Positions 36,523-46,500 of a DNA stretch of 64,000 nucleotides are shown here, piece by piece. A model generated the notes under the pieces. That model ran no database searches, was not told the DNA's origin, and worked only from the letters and a program-made list of their open reading frames with translations. The position numbers and the translations under genes were made by a program. The stretch's first letter is position 1; every line of letters starts with the position of its first letter. The DNA lies in the IMG/VR virus record IMGVR_UViG_3300005289_000016, positions 186,001 to 250,000 of that record; one strand, 5' to 3'.

Positions 36523-36572
36523 CGGCATAGAGACCCACCAGCCTGTTTAAGGGCTGGTGGGTCTCTATGTTG
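36523..36572. terminator. bidirectional terminator
   Basis: Perfect 18-bp stem CATAGAGACCCACCAGCC/GGCTGGTGGGTCTCTATG. Confidence 0.82.
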
Positions 36573-36574
36573 GA

Positions 36575-36787
36575 TCACGCGGTCGGAGACGGCGTATTCA
36601 TCAGCGAGAGCAACGTATCGAGCAGCTTGTTAATCAGCTCGAGGTTGATGCTACGCCCCTCCTTTAACGCAGCGATACACTCCACTGCGAAGGAGCCCAC
36701 TACCAGTACAAGAATGGCAATGACGATGTAAGTGGTGAAGCCAGGCTTCTTGACGGCCTGTACCGGGGTGGCGCTTTCTTCGTCCAT
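36575..36787 (-). CDS. small single-TM protein (70 aa)
   Basis: GGAGG RBS; hydrophobic YIVIAILVLVVGSFAV. Confidence 0.7.
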   Translation of the reverse strand: MDEESATPVQAVKKPGFTTYIVIAILVLVVGSFAVECIAALKEGRSINLELINKLLDTLLSLMNTPSPTA

Positions 36788-36789
36788 GA

Positions 36790-37254
36790 TTAACCTCCAA
36801 GGGAAATGCCGAAGACTTTCCATAGAGCGCTGAACAACTCGCCCCAATGGAAATCACGATGGGCTGCCAGGTTGGAGATCATGATCGCACCCATTGACAG
36901 TGGCAGAACCACCAAGAATGCAGATGTCATGAACTGTGGAGTGAGCACAGCACGCCGCAACGCGGCAGTGTCGTCGAGAGTCGCTGACTCCCCTTCATGC
37001 TCAATGACCATCCCGCCCCCCGCGGGAGTGGCCACGCAACGGCGGGTAGGATCGAGCTTAGCCCGAAGTACCAGATCACGTTGTTCAGCAGGGAGAGAAT
37101 CCAGGGCGGTAGTGACATCCATGCCAGTGGAATCTTCCGTGATTCTGTTCGCTTCATCGACGAACAGGTTTACCGTGTCTTTAACGACGCAACCCCATGG
37201 GAACGCTTTTAAGGGAGTGTTTCCCAAGACCTTTATAACGTCAGACATAAGCAT
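36790..37254 (-). CDS. membrane protein with two C-terminal hydrophobic helices (154 aa)
   Basis: GAGGA RBS; co-transcribed with ruvC. Confidence 0.7.
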   Translation of the reverse strand: MLMSDVIKVLGNTPLKAFPWGCVVKDTVNLFVDEANRITEDSTGMDVTTALDSLPAEQRDLVLRAKLDPTRRCVATPAGGGMVIEHEGESATLDDTAALRRAVLTPQFMTSAFLVVLPLSMGAIMISNLAAHRDFHWGELFSALWKVFGISLGG

Positions 37255-37271
37255 GACGTATTCCTCACAGG

Positions 37272-37868
37272 CTACTTCCTGAGGAACCCGGTCGCTTTTC
37301 GAATCGCTTCACCGTGTGCAACTGCTACGGCTATGGCATCGTACTCGTGTTCCGTCAGGGTGTGTTTATCAATGTCCTTGTTGTAGCTAATGTTGGTCAT
37401 GGCAAGGACGCAATCTTTGATCACGACCTTCTTCATGGTGAACTTTCCCGACTTAGCTGGTTGGACAGCACGCTTAGCTTCGCCTGGAGATACCCTGTAG
37501 ATGTCCCGCCCCGAATGATCCTCTACCGCTTGACGGATGAAGATCATCATCTCAGTCAACGTTTCGAAACTCTGGACACGCCGAGGCATGAAGAACGGAG
37601 TCTCTACAGCGACTGCATGTGGGTTATGGTATCGCAATTCTCGACGGACACAGTCCTGAAGGGTGTTTTGTCTGGCCCATCTCGCACCATGAGAAACTAC
37701 GTTCCCTTCGTGACGCGAGATGAGCTTTTCTGCCACGAACGTGTCTTTCGCCACGACGTGATAGTGACCCAGCCTAAGGTCGAGAAGAACAATCACCATC
37801 CCGAGCATGGACGAGCCATTATCGATCGCCATGATCTTGTAGATGTATGAATCGTCTTGGTACTTCAT
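37272..37868 (-). CDS. ruvC: RuvC-like Holliday junction resolvase
   Basis: IMAIDNG, AVETPF, AKRAV and HEYDAIAVA give the RNase H-fold catalytic D/E/D pattern. Confidence 0.82.
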   Translation of the reverse strand: MKYQDDSYIYKIMAIDNGSSMLGMVIVLLDLRLGHYHVVAKDTFVAEKLISRHEGNVVSHGARWARQNTLQDCVRRELRYHNPHAVAVETPFFMPRRVQSFETLTEMMIFIRQAVEDHSGRDIYRVSPGEAKRAVQPAKSGKFTMKKVVIKDCVLAMTNISYNKDIDKHTLTEHEYDAIAVAVAHGEAIRKATGFLRK

Positions 37869-37897
37869 TGTCTCACCTTAGGCGTCCGCCATTTAAC

Positions 37898-38812
37898 TTA
37901 GACAGCCAGCGACGTACCGGATGGACCGGTCGAAGCATTACCGCCGAGAAGCGACATGGTTACAGTTGGGATCTGACCTGTTGCCAACAGGGGCTGTACA
38001 GCGCCGACTTCAAGGTTGAAGTCAAAACCTTTGCTGTTGAAGATCAATTCATAGTGGCCGGAGATGATTGCAGTGATCTGCGCACCAATGGCTTCTTTGA
38101 ACGACACAGTGCCTGCCGAGGTATTGATGGAGACGTCAGCCATGACCGCGGTGCAGAAACCGAACTCAGAGATGATCGCCATGCGGCGGTCGCCAAAGAG
38201 GATTTCAGCCACGTTGTACATTTCGGCAACGTCTTGCTCGGTGAATGGCATTGGTACGATGGCCGAGGTGGCCAGGTACTCGTTGCTGGTGGTGACTGCT
38301 TCGTTGTTCGGAATCGCTGCCGGTGTAGGCGACAGGTTCTGCTCGGTGTAGACGTACTCTTCGATCTCGGTCTGATCGTCGACCACAGTACGCTTGGTCA
38401 TCTTCGGCACAACGCCGGCCATGCTCAGGCGCTTACCGTAGTAGGCGTAGTAATTGACGTTGTCGACCGTGATCATTTTGCGCAGGCAGTACTTGGTACG
38501 TTCGCCGGCGGTGAGGTCGTCGTTGATCGGACGGATCACGAACGGCAGGTGTTTGAACAGACCTGCGTCGCCCGAGCTGTGGTCCAGGATGTCGGACAGC
38601 GGGATGTCATTCGGCCCCATGGTGTAGGCGTGACCGCCGATACCGATGGTGTAGAACTGAAGCGTTGGGCGCATGCTCGGTTGGAGCACGGCGGACGCCT
38701 GAATGTCGAACTTCTGGTTCAGGGTCGTGTTGTCGAACTTCTCGAAAGCAGTGCCCAAGAAGTTGGACACCTGGAGATAGTTCGACAGCTGTGTCGGGAC
38801 GATCTTTTGCAT
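37898..38812 (-). CDS. virion structural protein (baseplate region, 304 aa)
   Basis: Lies in the minus-strand structural operon typical of phiKZ-like phages. Confidence 0.65.
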   Translation of the reverse strand: MQKIVPTQLSNYLQVSNFLGTAFEKFDNTTLNQKFDIQASAVLQPSMRPTLQFYTIGIGGHAYTMGPNDIPLSDILDHSSGDAGLFKHLPFVIRPINDDLTAGERTKYCLRKMITVDNVNYYAYYGKRLSMAGVVPKMTKRTVVDDQTEIEEYVYTEQNLSPTPAAIPNNEAVTTSNEYLATSAIVPMPFTEQDVAEMYNVAEILFGDRRMAIISEFGFCTAVMADVSINTSAGTVSFKEAIGAQITAIISGHYELIFNSKGFDFNLEVGAVQPLLATGQIPTVTMSLLGGNASTGPSGTSLAV

Positions 38813-38865
38813 GGGACGGCCTTTATGGTCAGAAAGAAATACGGTTCATACGATAGCGTAAGGAA

Positions 38866-39876
38866 TCACTGGTCTTGGATCGGCAGGTTGTCGATCCGCT
38901 CACGACGCAGCCACGAGTCACGGTTGTAGTAACCGATGATCCATTGCCCGCGGATATTCGAGCAGTACTCGTCAGCGAATTGAACGATCAAGATGTTGGA
39001 CACCTTCGGATCGTTAATGTAAACCTCGCCCGTGTTCAAACCGTTGTAAACCACTTTCGTACCGTAGAGGTTGAAAGGGTTCTGGTTCTGCGTGAATACC
39101 CAGTCGTCGCCAGTAATGGCCTTCGCCGTGTCCACGATCCACTTGTCCACCAGATCACCCGGCTTCAGGTTCTTCATGACGTAGTCATGGTCCACGAAGC
39201 GGTTGTTAGGGAGGATCATCTCAGCCGGCATCTTGTGATGCTCCTCTGGACCCAAGTAACGCAGGACTTCCAGAGTGGTCTTGATGTTGCGATCGAGGAA
39301 CTCAACGGCTTCCCGGATGTAGACGTGGATCTCACCGACGTAGACCGGATGCTCTGGCTTCATCTTGATGACGAGGTTGTAAGCAATCGGTTGTACGAAG
39401 TCGGCGCAGGCGTCGGTTTCCAGGATGGAGCCCATGTGCGTACGGAACAGTACTTCATTCAGACTCACCTCGAGGAACTCAATGGTAACGAGTTCTTTGT
39501 CGAGATAGAGACCATACTGTTCGCTCAAAGCTTTCAAAATAACTTCGTCGGTTTGGTCGGCGCAGTAGATAACGAAAGGCACGCTGATGAACTGATCCTG
39601 AATCACGCGGCGGCGGTACGTCAGCTGTGCTGATTTGCGCCAGCCGGATTCAGGGGTCGGAAGGACTTCAATGCCGGTCAGGGTACCTTGGGTAGGCCGG
39701 ACATTATTGTAGTCGTTCAAGTGTTGCACGTTGATCTGGGGCTCAGGCTCCGAGACCGGATACGGGAGACCGAACGTCACCTGCCACGGCTCAATGGCCG
39801 TTTGGTTCGTGGCGTTCAGGATGTCCAGCATCAATTGTTTGGCGGGCTTGTTGTACCGCACTGGACGGACGTACAT
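38866..39876 (-). CDS. virion structural protein (tail/baseplate paralog family)
   Basis: PTPESGW...LTYRRR and KPEHPVYVGEI motifs; GAGG RBS before the ATG at 39876. Confidence 0.65.
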   Translation of the reverse strand: MYVRPVRYNKPAKQLMLDILNATNQTAIEPWQVTFGLPYPVSEPEPQINVQHLNDYNNVRPTQGTLTGIEVLPTPESGWRKSAQLTYRRRVIQDQFISVPFVIYCADQTDEVILKALSEQYGLYLDKELVTIEFLEVSLNEVLFRTHMGSILETDACADFVQPIAYNLVIKMKPEHPVYVGEIHVYIREAVEFLDRNIKTTLEVLRYLGPEEHHKMPAEMILPNNRFVDHDYVMKNLKPGDLVDKWIVDTAKAITGDDWVFTQNQNPFNLYGTKVVYNGLNTGEVYINDPKVSNILIVQFADEYCSNIRGQWIIGYYNRDSWLRRERIDNLPIQDQ

Positions 39877-39884
39877 GGTCACCT

Positions 39885-40328
39885 CTAGGCTTTCTGGATG
39901 GTCATCTGCCCATACCACCGCAGCGAGTTAGGAGACGCTCGCAGGATGGCGTTGGTGGGCGTAAGGACCACGGATTCAAAGTCCGACTCATCAAAGACGA
40001 TGCCGGTGCGTTGCGTGATGTGACGAGCCACGTCATGACTGACCACCTCACCGAAGTAGTCCATGATGAACGGCCGGGGAAAGATGTCAGCCAAGTTCAA
40101 GCGCTTGACGGAGATGTCTCCGCTGCCACTGAACCGGTTCTCCTCGGCGTTGGGACGCTGCTCCAGTGCTTTGATGCGAATGGTCAGGTCTGCACCGTTA
40201 CTGCTCACCACCTGATCGAAACCAACGAACCGAGGGTTGAGCTGCGTGCCGTGCACATCGTTGAATGCAATCAGCAGTGCCTGATACGGAGGGTACGTGA
40301 GAAGCTGGTCAAGGGAGAAGTTCGCCAT
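39885..40328 (-). CDS. virion structural protein (paralog family, 147 aa)
   Basis: FSGSGDISVKRLNL and RASPNSLRWYG motifs. Confidence 0.65.
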   Translation of the reverse strand: MANFSLDQLLTYPPYQALLIAFNDVHGTQLNPRFVGFDQVVSSNGADLTIRIKALEQRPNAEENRFSGSGDISVKRLNLADIFPRPFIMDYFGEVVSHDVARHITQRTGIVFDESDFESVVLTPTNAILRASPNSLRWYGQMTIQKA

Positions 40329-40330
40329 AA

Positions 40331-41317
40331 TCAGATCGCCTTATAGTCGATGGTCAACTCGCCAGTGAAGCGCAGGTTGTCGTCTTTGAAGGTGATCGTC
40401 AGTGTCTCTACTTCGCCAACCGGGACGTTCGTGTAGGTTTGACTGATCACGTCTGCCACGGCTATCGGGAAGCCTGTCTGCAACGCCACCTGCTGCACCA
40501 TGTACAGCGTGGTTGGCTTCGACGGACCCTCTACCAAGAACTGTGCCCCGTTCTGACTCCAACCGAAGTCGTACCGTGTATAAACCAGATCCACCGACCC
40601 CAAGTAGTAACCGTCACCTGTAGCAGTGGCGGTGATCTTGGTATTGTCGTACTGGTAGCCGGAGATCTTCTCAGGCACACCGAACGATGTCAGGGCTGGT
40701 TCCAACGGATACAGTAAGGTTGGGCCGTTGTCCGAAGCCATCTGGTCCAGCAAGCGTGTCTTCGGATCGTTACTGAAGTAGCCAACGGTTCTGAAGCCTA
40801 CCAAGGTCGTGTCTTTGATGACGTCGACCAATTGACGCTGCTTAGGCTTGATGGTGAACGACGTTCCACCGTACAGCAGGAACTGACCCGGGTTGACCGT
40901 GATGGTCTGGCTCCCCACGACAGTCACTGGTGCATCGGCCACTTGCTCCGAACGGTCGTAGAGACCATTGGAGGTCAGGAAGATCTGCATCAACTTGCGA
41001 GTGGTGGTGGGCAGGTCCGCACGGATCGTGGTGCCAAAGCGGGCTTTAAGTGCAGCCATGGCCAGCCGACGATAACGAATGGTTTGCTCACCTGAGTGTG
41101 GCCAGAGTGACACGTGAGCTTTATCACGAGCCACCTTGACCGGAGTCGTAGCGTACTGAGCGTCTGTGGGGTCCGCCGTGACTGCTCCACGCTCAAAGCC
41201 TGACGGATCAACGTCTTTCTTGAGCAGGGTGCTCAGGAGGCGTTCGAACGCCTCCTGGTCGGACTCCTGAAGCGCAGTCAGGGACAACTGCGTTCCATTA
41301 AGGGTTTGTGAAGGCAT
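40331..41317 (-). CDS. virion structural protein with two copies of the paralog domain (328 aa)
   Basis: SGEQTIRYRRL and YLGSVDLVYTRYD; C-terminal DDNLRFTGEL. Confidence 0.65.
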   Translation of the reverse strand: MPSQTLNGTQLSLTALQESDQEAFERLLSTLLKKDVDPSGFERGAVTADPTDAQYATTPVKVARDKAHVSLWPHSGEQTIRYRRLAMAALKARFGTTIRADLPTTTRKLMQIFLTSNGLYDRSEQVADAPVTVVGSQTITVNPGQFLLYGGTSFTIKPKQRQLVDVIKDTTLVGFRTVGYFSNDPKTRLLDQMASDNGPTLLYPLEPALTSFGVPEKISGYQYDNTKITATATGDGYYLGSVDLVYTRYDFGWSQNGAQFLVEGPSKPTTLYMVQQVALQTGFPIAVADVISQTYTNVPVGEVETLTITFKDDNLRFTGELTIDYKAI

Positions 41318-43487
41318 CGCTTTGAGTCCTGTCGAATAGATCAGCGATTGGCTTGGTTGGCATGGCTGGGATAGTGATCGACTTGCCATTGAGGCTTGCC
41401 AGATCTACACCAGGTTGGGTCACGACGCCGAAGAGGGTGCCCAATGCTACGCCGTGTTGCAGGAACTGGTTCAGTCCTGACAACTCGAACTTCAAGCCAA
41501 GGTCCACGCCCATGTCGTGAGCCGAATGCTGGTCCATGGTTTGGATGGTTACGCCACTGACATCAATCAGCTTGTGCAGCTTGGCCTTCCCGTAGAGTTC
41601 CATTGGGAGCGCTAGGGTGGCCGGGAGCCGCATGTCGTGAGCAGTGTGTCCGCCAGTGTTGTGCCAACGGATGTGCCCCCAGTCAAGCATGACCACGGCG
41701 TCTTCGTTGATCTGCTGGATGTACTGCACGCTGTACGAAGACAGTTGCGACATGATGTTCAGCATGGCTTTCTGGATGTCTTGCAAGGTCAGTGAGGTTC
41801 TCAACTGCAAGCCAGTGGCCTGGTTGATTACCGACAGCATGATCTCGTCCAGTTCAGCCGGAGAATACCCTTCGAAACTCAAGCCACGGTCACGCAGCCA
41901 CGTCGGGTAGTTCTGACCATGGTCCATGTCGACTGGCATGTCAGCATAGAAGCGGTTGGTCATCAACTGCATCTCAGCGTACGTCCACAAGTCTTCCCGG
42001 AAGACGTACAGATCGCGGTGCAGAAGCATGCGTTTCTGAATGTCTTGGCAAACCTTGAGGAAAGCATCCACGGAGACATAGCTGGTGATGTCGACGTTGT
42101 CCTTCAGAGCGGCTCTGATGAACTTATCGGACACATTGGCCCGGGTGGTCATACTGCGCAGCTCATCGAACTCAGGCAACGGCATGCGCCGCACCCGCTT
42201 GGCTCGGATCTGAGGGATCTCCACCATGTCCACGCCTAACCGAAGCATGTACAGGTACTGGTAAACGAGGAATGCTTCCTTCATCGACAGCTTGAAGCTC
42301 TCTCCGCCGTTCGGAAGCTGTAACGTGAGCACCGTTTTATAGATGCCAAGGTCCGCAAAGTAGATCCACTGGTTCAACAACACATCTGCCAGCGTGTAAG
42401 GCTCCGATTCCTTCATGTCAAGCACGTTGGACTCGAGAACTTTGGTGTCCACTTGAGCACTGAGGCTCCGAACAGCCGCTGCCGGGATGTACTGCTCAGC
42501 GTATTCCTCTTCGCCGACGTTGGAACGGGCCAACTTGCGCTGAAGGTCCAGCATTTGACGCGTGTTTTTGAGATCGAGACCCAACGCTGATGGGATACCG
42601 TTGATCGAGGTCCGCATGTACTGGATCTGCGGGTCGAAATCAGTGGTCACGTTGCCATCGTTCTGCTGCAAGGTGTATTCAGCGACCGGGAAGTTACGCT
42701 CGGTCATCACATTGCCGACTAATTCACGGAAGATCTCGTCTTTACCGTTGTTACGCATGATGTAACGGATGTTCCGGTAGAAATAAAGCCGTTGGAACTC
42801 GTTCATCTGGGTGTAGTACTGGTCCAGCGGCCCAAACGACGCCAAGTAGCGACGAATGTGGTAGCTGTGTACCTGAGGTGTGTGGCAGTTCTGAGTCCGG
42901 AGGCTTTTAATAGCTCCCGGCATGGCCATAAAGAGGATACCCAACCGCGCAGCCGTGAAAAGGCTGTTGTTGATGCGGTAATCGTCCTGTGCCCAACGTG
43001 TAAACTGTGCTGTGATCCAGTCTTGCAGCTTTGGAATCAGGTTCGTCTCACGCCCTTCAACCAACGAAGAGTCAAAATAGAGAATACTATGATCCGGCGC
43101 GGCAATTGCCGTGGCCATATCCACCGGGCTCAAAATCCCGTGGATCAACATGTCCTGAGTCGGGTACTTGGTGATCAATTCGGTGTAATACCGAGAGCCG
43201 TATTGGTACTCACGCCAAGTGGCTCGGTGGATGTCCATATTTTCACGTGTGAAGTCGATTTCCTCATGAGTATCCATGGAGGTGACTTTCATCAACGTAT
43301 CGGTCGGGTGATACTGACCATTCAGATTGAGGTAATACTTCCAGGTCTCTGGTGCGTCGTCGAGAACCTCTTTTCCAAGAGCCGACACGCGTCCATTGAT
43401 GACCTGACAAGTAGCCTCATCTTTCACCACAAGAGTGGCGGCCAGTTTGGTCACCGACTCGTGATAGATCTGATAAAGATTACTCAT
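41298..43487 (-). CDS. large virion structural protein (phiKZ gp128-like, 729 aa)
   Basis: Divergent from the portal gene; WKYYLNLNGQYH motif; synteny. Confidence 0.7.
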   Translation of the reverse strand: MSNLYQIYHESVTKLAATLVVKDEATCQVINGRVSALGKEVLDDAPETWKYYLNLNGQYHPTDTLMKVTSMDTHEEIDFTRENMDIHRATWREYQYGSRYYTELITKYPTQDMLIHGILSPVDMATAIAAPDHSILYFDSSLVEGRETNLIPKLQDWITAQFTRWAQDDYRINNSLFTAARLGILFMAMPGAIKSLRTQNCHTPQVHSYHIRRYLASFGPLDQYYTQMNEFQRLYFYRNIRYIMRNNGKDEIFRELVGNVMTERNFPVAEYTLQQNDGNVTTDFDPQIQYMRTSINGIPSALGLDLKNTRQMLDLQRKLARSNVGEEEYAEQYIPAAAVRSLSAQVDTKVLESNVLDMKESEPYTLADVLLNQWIYFADLGIYKTVLTLQLPNGGESFKLSMKEAFLVYQYLYMLRLGVDMVEIPQIRAKRVRRMPLPEFDELRSMTTRANVSDKFIRAALKDNVDITSYVSVDAFLKVCQDIQKRMLLHRDLYVFREDLWTYAEMQLMTNRFYADMPVDMDHGQNYPTWLRDRGLSFEGYSPAELDEIMLSVINQATGLQLRTSLTLQDIQKAMLNIMSQLSSYSVQYIQQINEDAVVMLDWGHIRWHNTGGHTAHDMRLPATLALPMELYGKAKLHKLIDVSGVTIQTMDQHSAHDMGVDLGLKFELSGLNQFLQHGVALGTLFGVVTQPGVDLASLNGKSITIPAMPTKPIADLFDRTQSDAFTNP

Positions 43488-43521
43488 CGTTCGATTTCCA
43501 GACGGATATATAGAGGTAAAC

Positions 43522-46500
43522 ATGACTGACGAAGTACGGCGGTTTACGAGATTCGCTACGAACCGTTCTATTCCGAACGAGGTCAAGGCAGCTATCTCCA
43601 AACTCGGTGCCGATCCCCATGGACCTGGTAACCAACGCAAAAACATGCGGCTACCCGATGGTCGTGTGCTGGCTCACGTTGCCAACACGACCATCGGTAA
43701 CATCCGCGATGCTCGCAACTTGTTCCAAGTCTTGCCGGACATGGACTATGCGCGACAGATCGTCAACTCGGCAACGATCTCCCCGGGTGACTTGACCGAC
43801 ACCAAGGTTCTGTACACGATCAAAGATGCATCCATGGATAGCAACCTCTCTGGGCCTCTGCTCAGGAAGGTACAGGAGTTCTTCGATAATTCCTATAGGA
43901 TTAGGCCGCTGCTGCAACCGATCTTGAACGATGTATTGTTCGAGACAGGTAGCTACCCGATCCTCATTATGCCGGAATCCTCGATCGACCGAATCATCAA
44001 CGCCGACAACTATGGTGGCGTGTCGATGGAATCGGCAGTGGAGACTCTGGACGGTCACCTGCGTCAGGAAACTGATGACAAAGGTAACTACGTGCCATGG
44101 GGTATCTTGGGTAACTCCGGTAATGCTCCAGCCAAGGTCGACAGCTACACCGGTGTGTCGTTTGAAAGCCTGTCGTTCGGCCATGACCGTACCATCGGTA
44201 ACTGGGATGGTGAAGTCAAGGTCTCCAACTTCAAAGTCAGTCTCGAGCAGTTGCTGGTTGACGTAGAAGAGAACAAGGAAGCCCGAACCAAGCTGACCGA
44301 AGCGAGCACCAAGCTGGTCAAACTGGTGGAAGGTAAAGGTTCGACCATTCAGGTGACAGACAACCTGTCCATCCTGAAGCGTCCGATGGTCGTGGATGCC
44401 AAACGCAAGATCGCAGTACGTCGTATCTACGGTGGTAAGCTGCATCAGCGTGCATCGCTTGAGTCTCGTGCTCAGAGCGGTGATAAAGAAGCCATGCGCA
44501 ACTTGGCGGCCGTTGAACGCAGCATGTACCAGAAGCGTCGCTACCAGCACGTTCCGGTGCAGCCGCTGCTGACTCACGCTCAGACTGGCATGGACACCTA
44601 CGGTCACCCGCTGGTCATGCACCTGCCATCTGAATCGGTCATCCCGATCCACGTTCCAGGCAACCCGTCTGAGCACGTCGGCTACTACGTCATGCTCGAC
44701 ATCGACGGTAACCCAATCAACATCGCGGACCAATCGTCGTACATCGATGACATCCGTTCGCAGATGAACAACGTCGACAGTTATGCTTCTCAGATCATCC
44801 AACAAGCCCGCCGGGGCTTCGATGGTTCGGGTGGCATGCAGAACGAGATCGTTGATGAGCTGGGTAAAGTCTACTCCGATACCGTAGAACGTGATCTGTT
44901 GGCACGTCTGCGCAGTGGTGCTCTGTCGGGCAACTACGAGCTGGGTAAGACCGAGAACATCAACCGTATGATGTTTGCTCGCCACATGAAAGGTCAGAAG
45001 ACCGTCATGTTGTTCGTTCCGCCAGAGATGATGACCTACATCGCCTTTGACTACAACGAATTCGGCGTTGGTAAGTCGGTGCTGGAAGACGGCAAGATCC
45101 TCGGGTCGATCCGTGCTTCGATCATGTTGGCCAACACCCTGGCTACTCTGAACAACGCTGTCGGTGGCAAGACCATCGAGATCGAGTTGGACCCTGAAGA
45201 TGAAGACCCAGTGTCGACGGTGGAGTTCATGCTCTCCGAACACGCTAAGGTTAACAGCCAAGGCTTCAGCAAGATCATCGGCTCTACCCACCCGTTGGGC
45301 TTGGCCGATCAGATCCAGAACCATGGTGTGAACGTGGTGGTCTCCGGTAACAGCCGGTACCCTGAAACCAAGTTCAACGTCAACCAGCGCGAAGGGCAGA
45401 ACAAGCCAGTCGATGCTGATTTCGAAGAAACCATGCGTCGTCGTCACATCCAGATGTTCGGTCTATCGCCGGAGGTCATGGAAGGTATCAACCAGACTGA
45501 CTTTGCAACCACGGTGGTTCAGAACAACCTGATGCTGTTGAAGCGGGTGATCCAGAACCAAGAGAAGTTCGAGCCGTTCCTGACGGACTTCGTACGCCGT
45601 TACGTGTTGAACTCGGGGATCTTCCTGACCGAGATGCGTCAACTGATTACCGACAACAAGCAGTACCTGCCAGAGCACATCACCCAAGACCCGGCACTCA
45701 GCGGGGACGAAGGGCTGCAAGTGGACGCGTTCCTTTACGAGTTCATCGAAGCACTGTGCGTTGGTCTGCCAGCTCCAGAAGTGGGCGACATCAAGAAGTC
45801 CATGGATTCCTTCGATGCCTACTCCGAAGCGTTGGACAAGGTCATCGACGCCTACCTCAACGAAGAGATGTTTGCTGCGGATACGTCCATCGGCATGGAA
45901 GAGCTCATTCCAAACATCAAAGCCGTTGTCAAGGCGGAGTTCCAACGTCGCTGGCTGCGTCACAACAACGTCATGCCAGAACTCGATGTGTTCAACACGG
46001 TCACCGAAGAAGAAGGCTCTCCAGTCTTCGATCTGCTGGAGGCTACTGTCGAGCATGTGGACGGTCTCAACAACTCGATCTCCGAGTACGTCAAGCGGGT
46101 GGTTAAGGCTGCCAAGCGTCGTGCGAAGGTGCTGGAGAAGATTGCTACCGAGAAGGCTGACTTGGAAACTGCGAAGAACTCTGCTACTGATGCTGCTACT
46201 GGCGGCGATGGTGGTCTGGGCGATGGCACTGATCCGACGTTGGATGCAGATCCAAACGCCGATCCTAGCCTGGACGGTGGTGACGGAATGGACTTCGACA
46301 CTGATCCGAATGCCGACCCAGATGCAGATCCTGATCTGGCTGATCCAAACGCAGATCCAGATGCCGACCCGAACGCTGACCCAATGGCGGACTTGGATGC
46401 CGATCCTGACGCGGACCCGGCAGATCCAGATGCTGCTGACCCTAATGCCGATCCGGCAGCAGAGTTGGGTGATGCGTCTGACGTAGCGACCCTTGATGCT

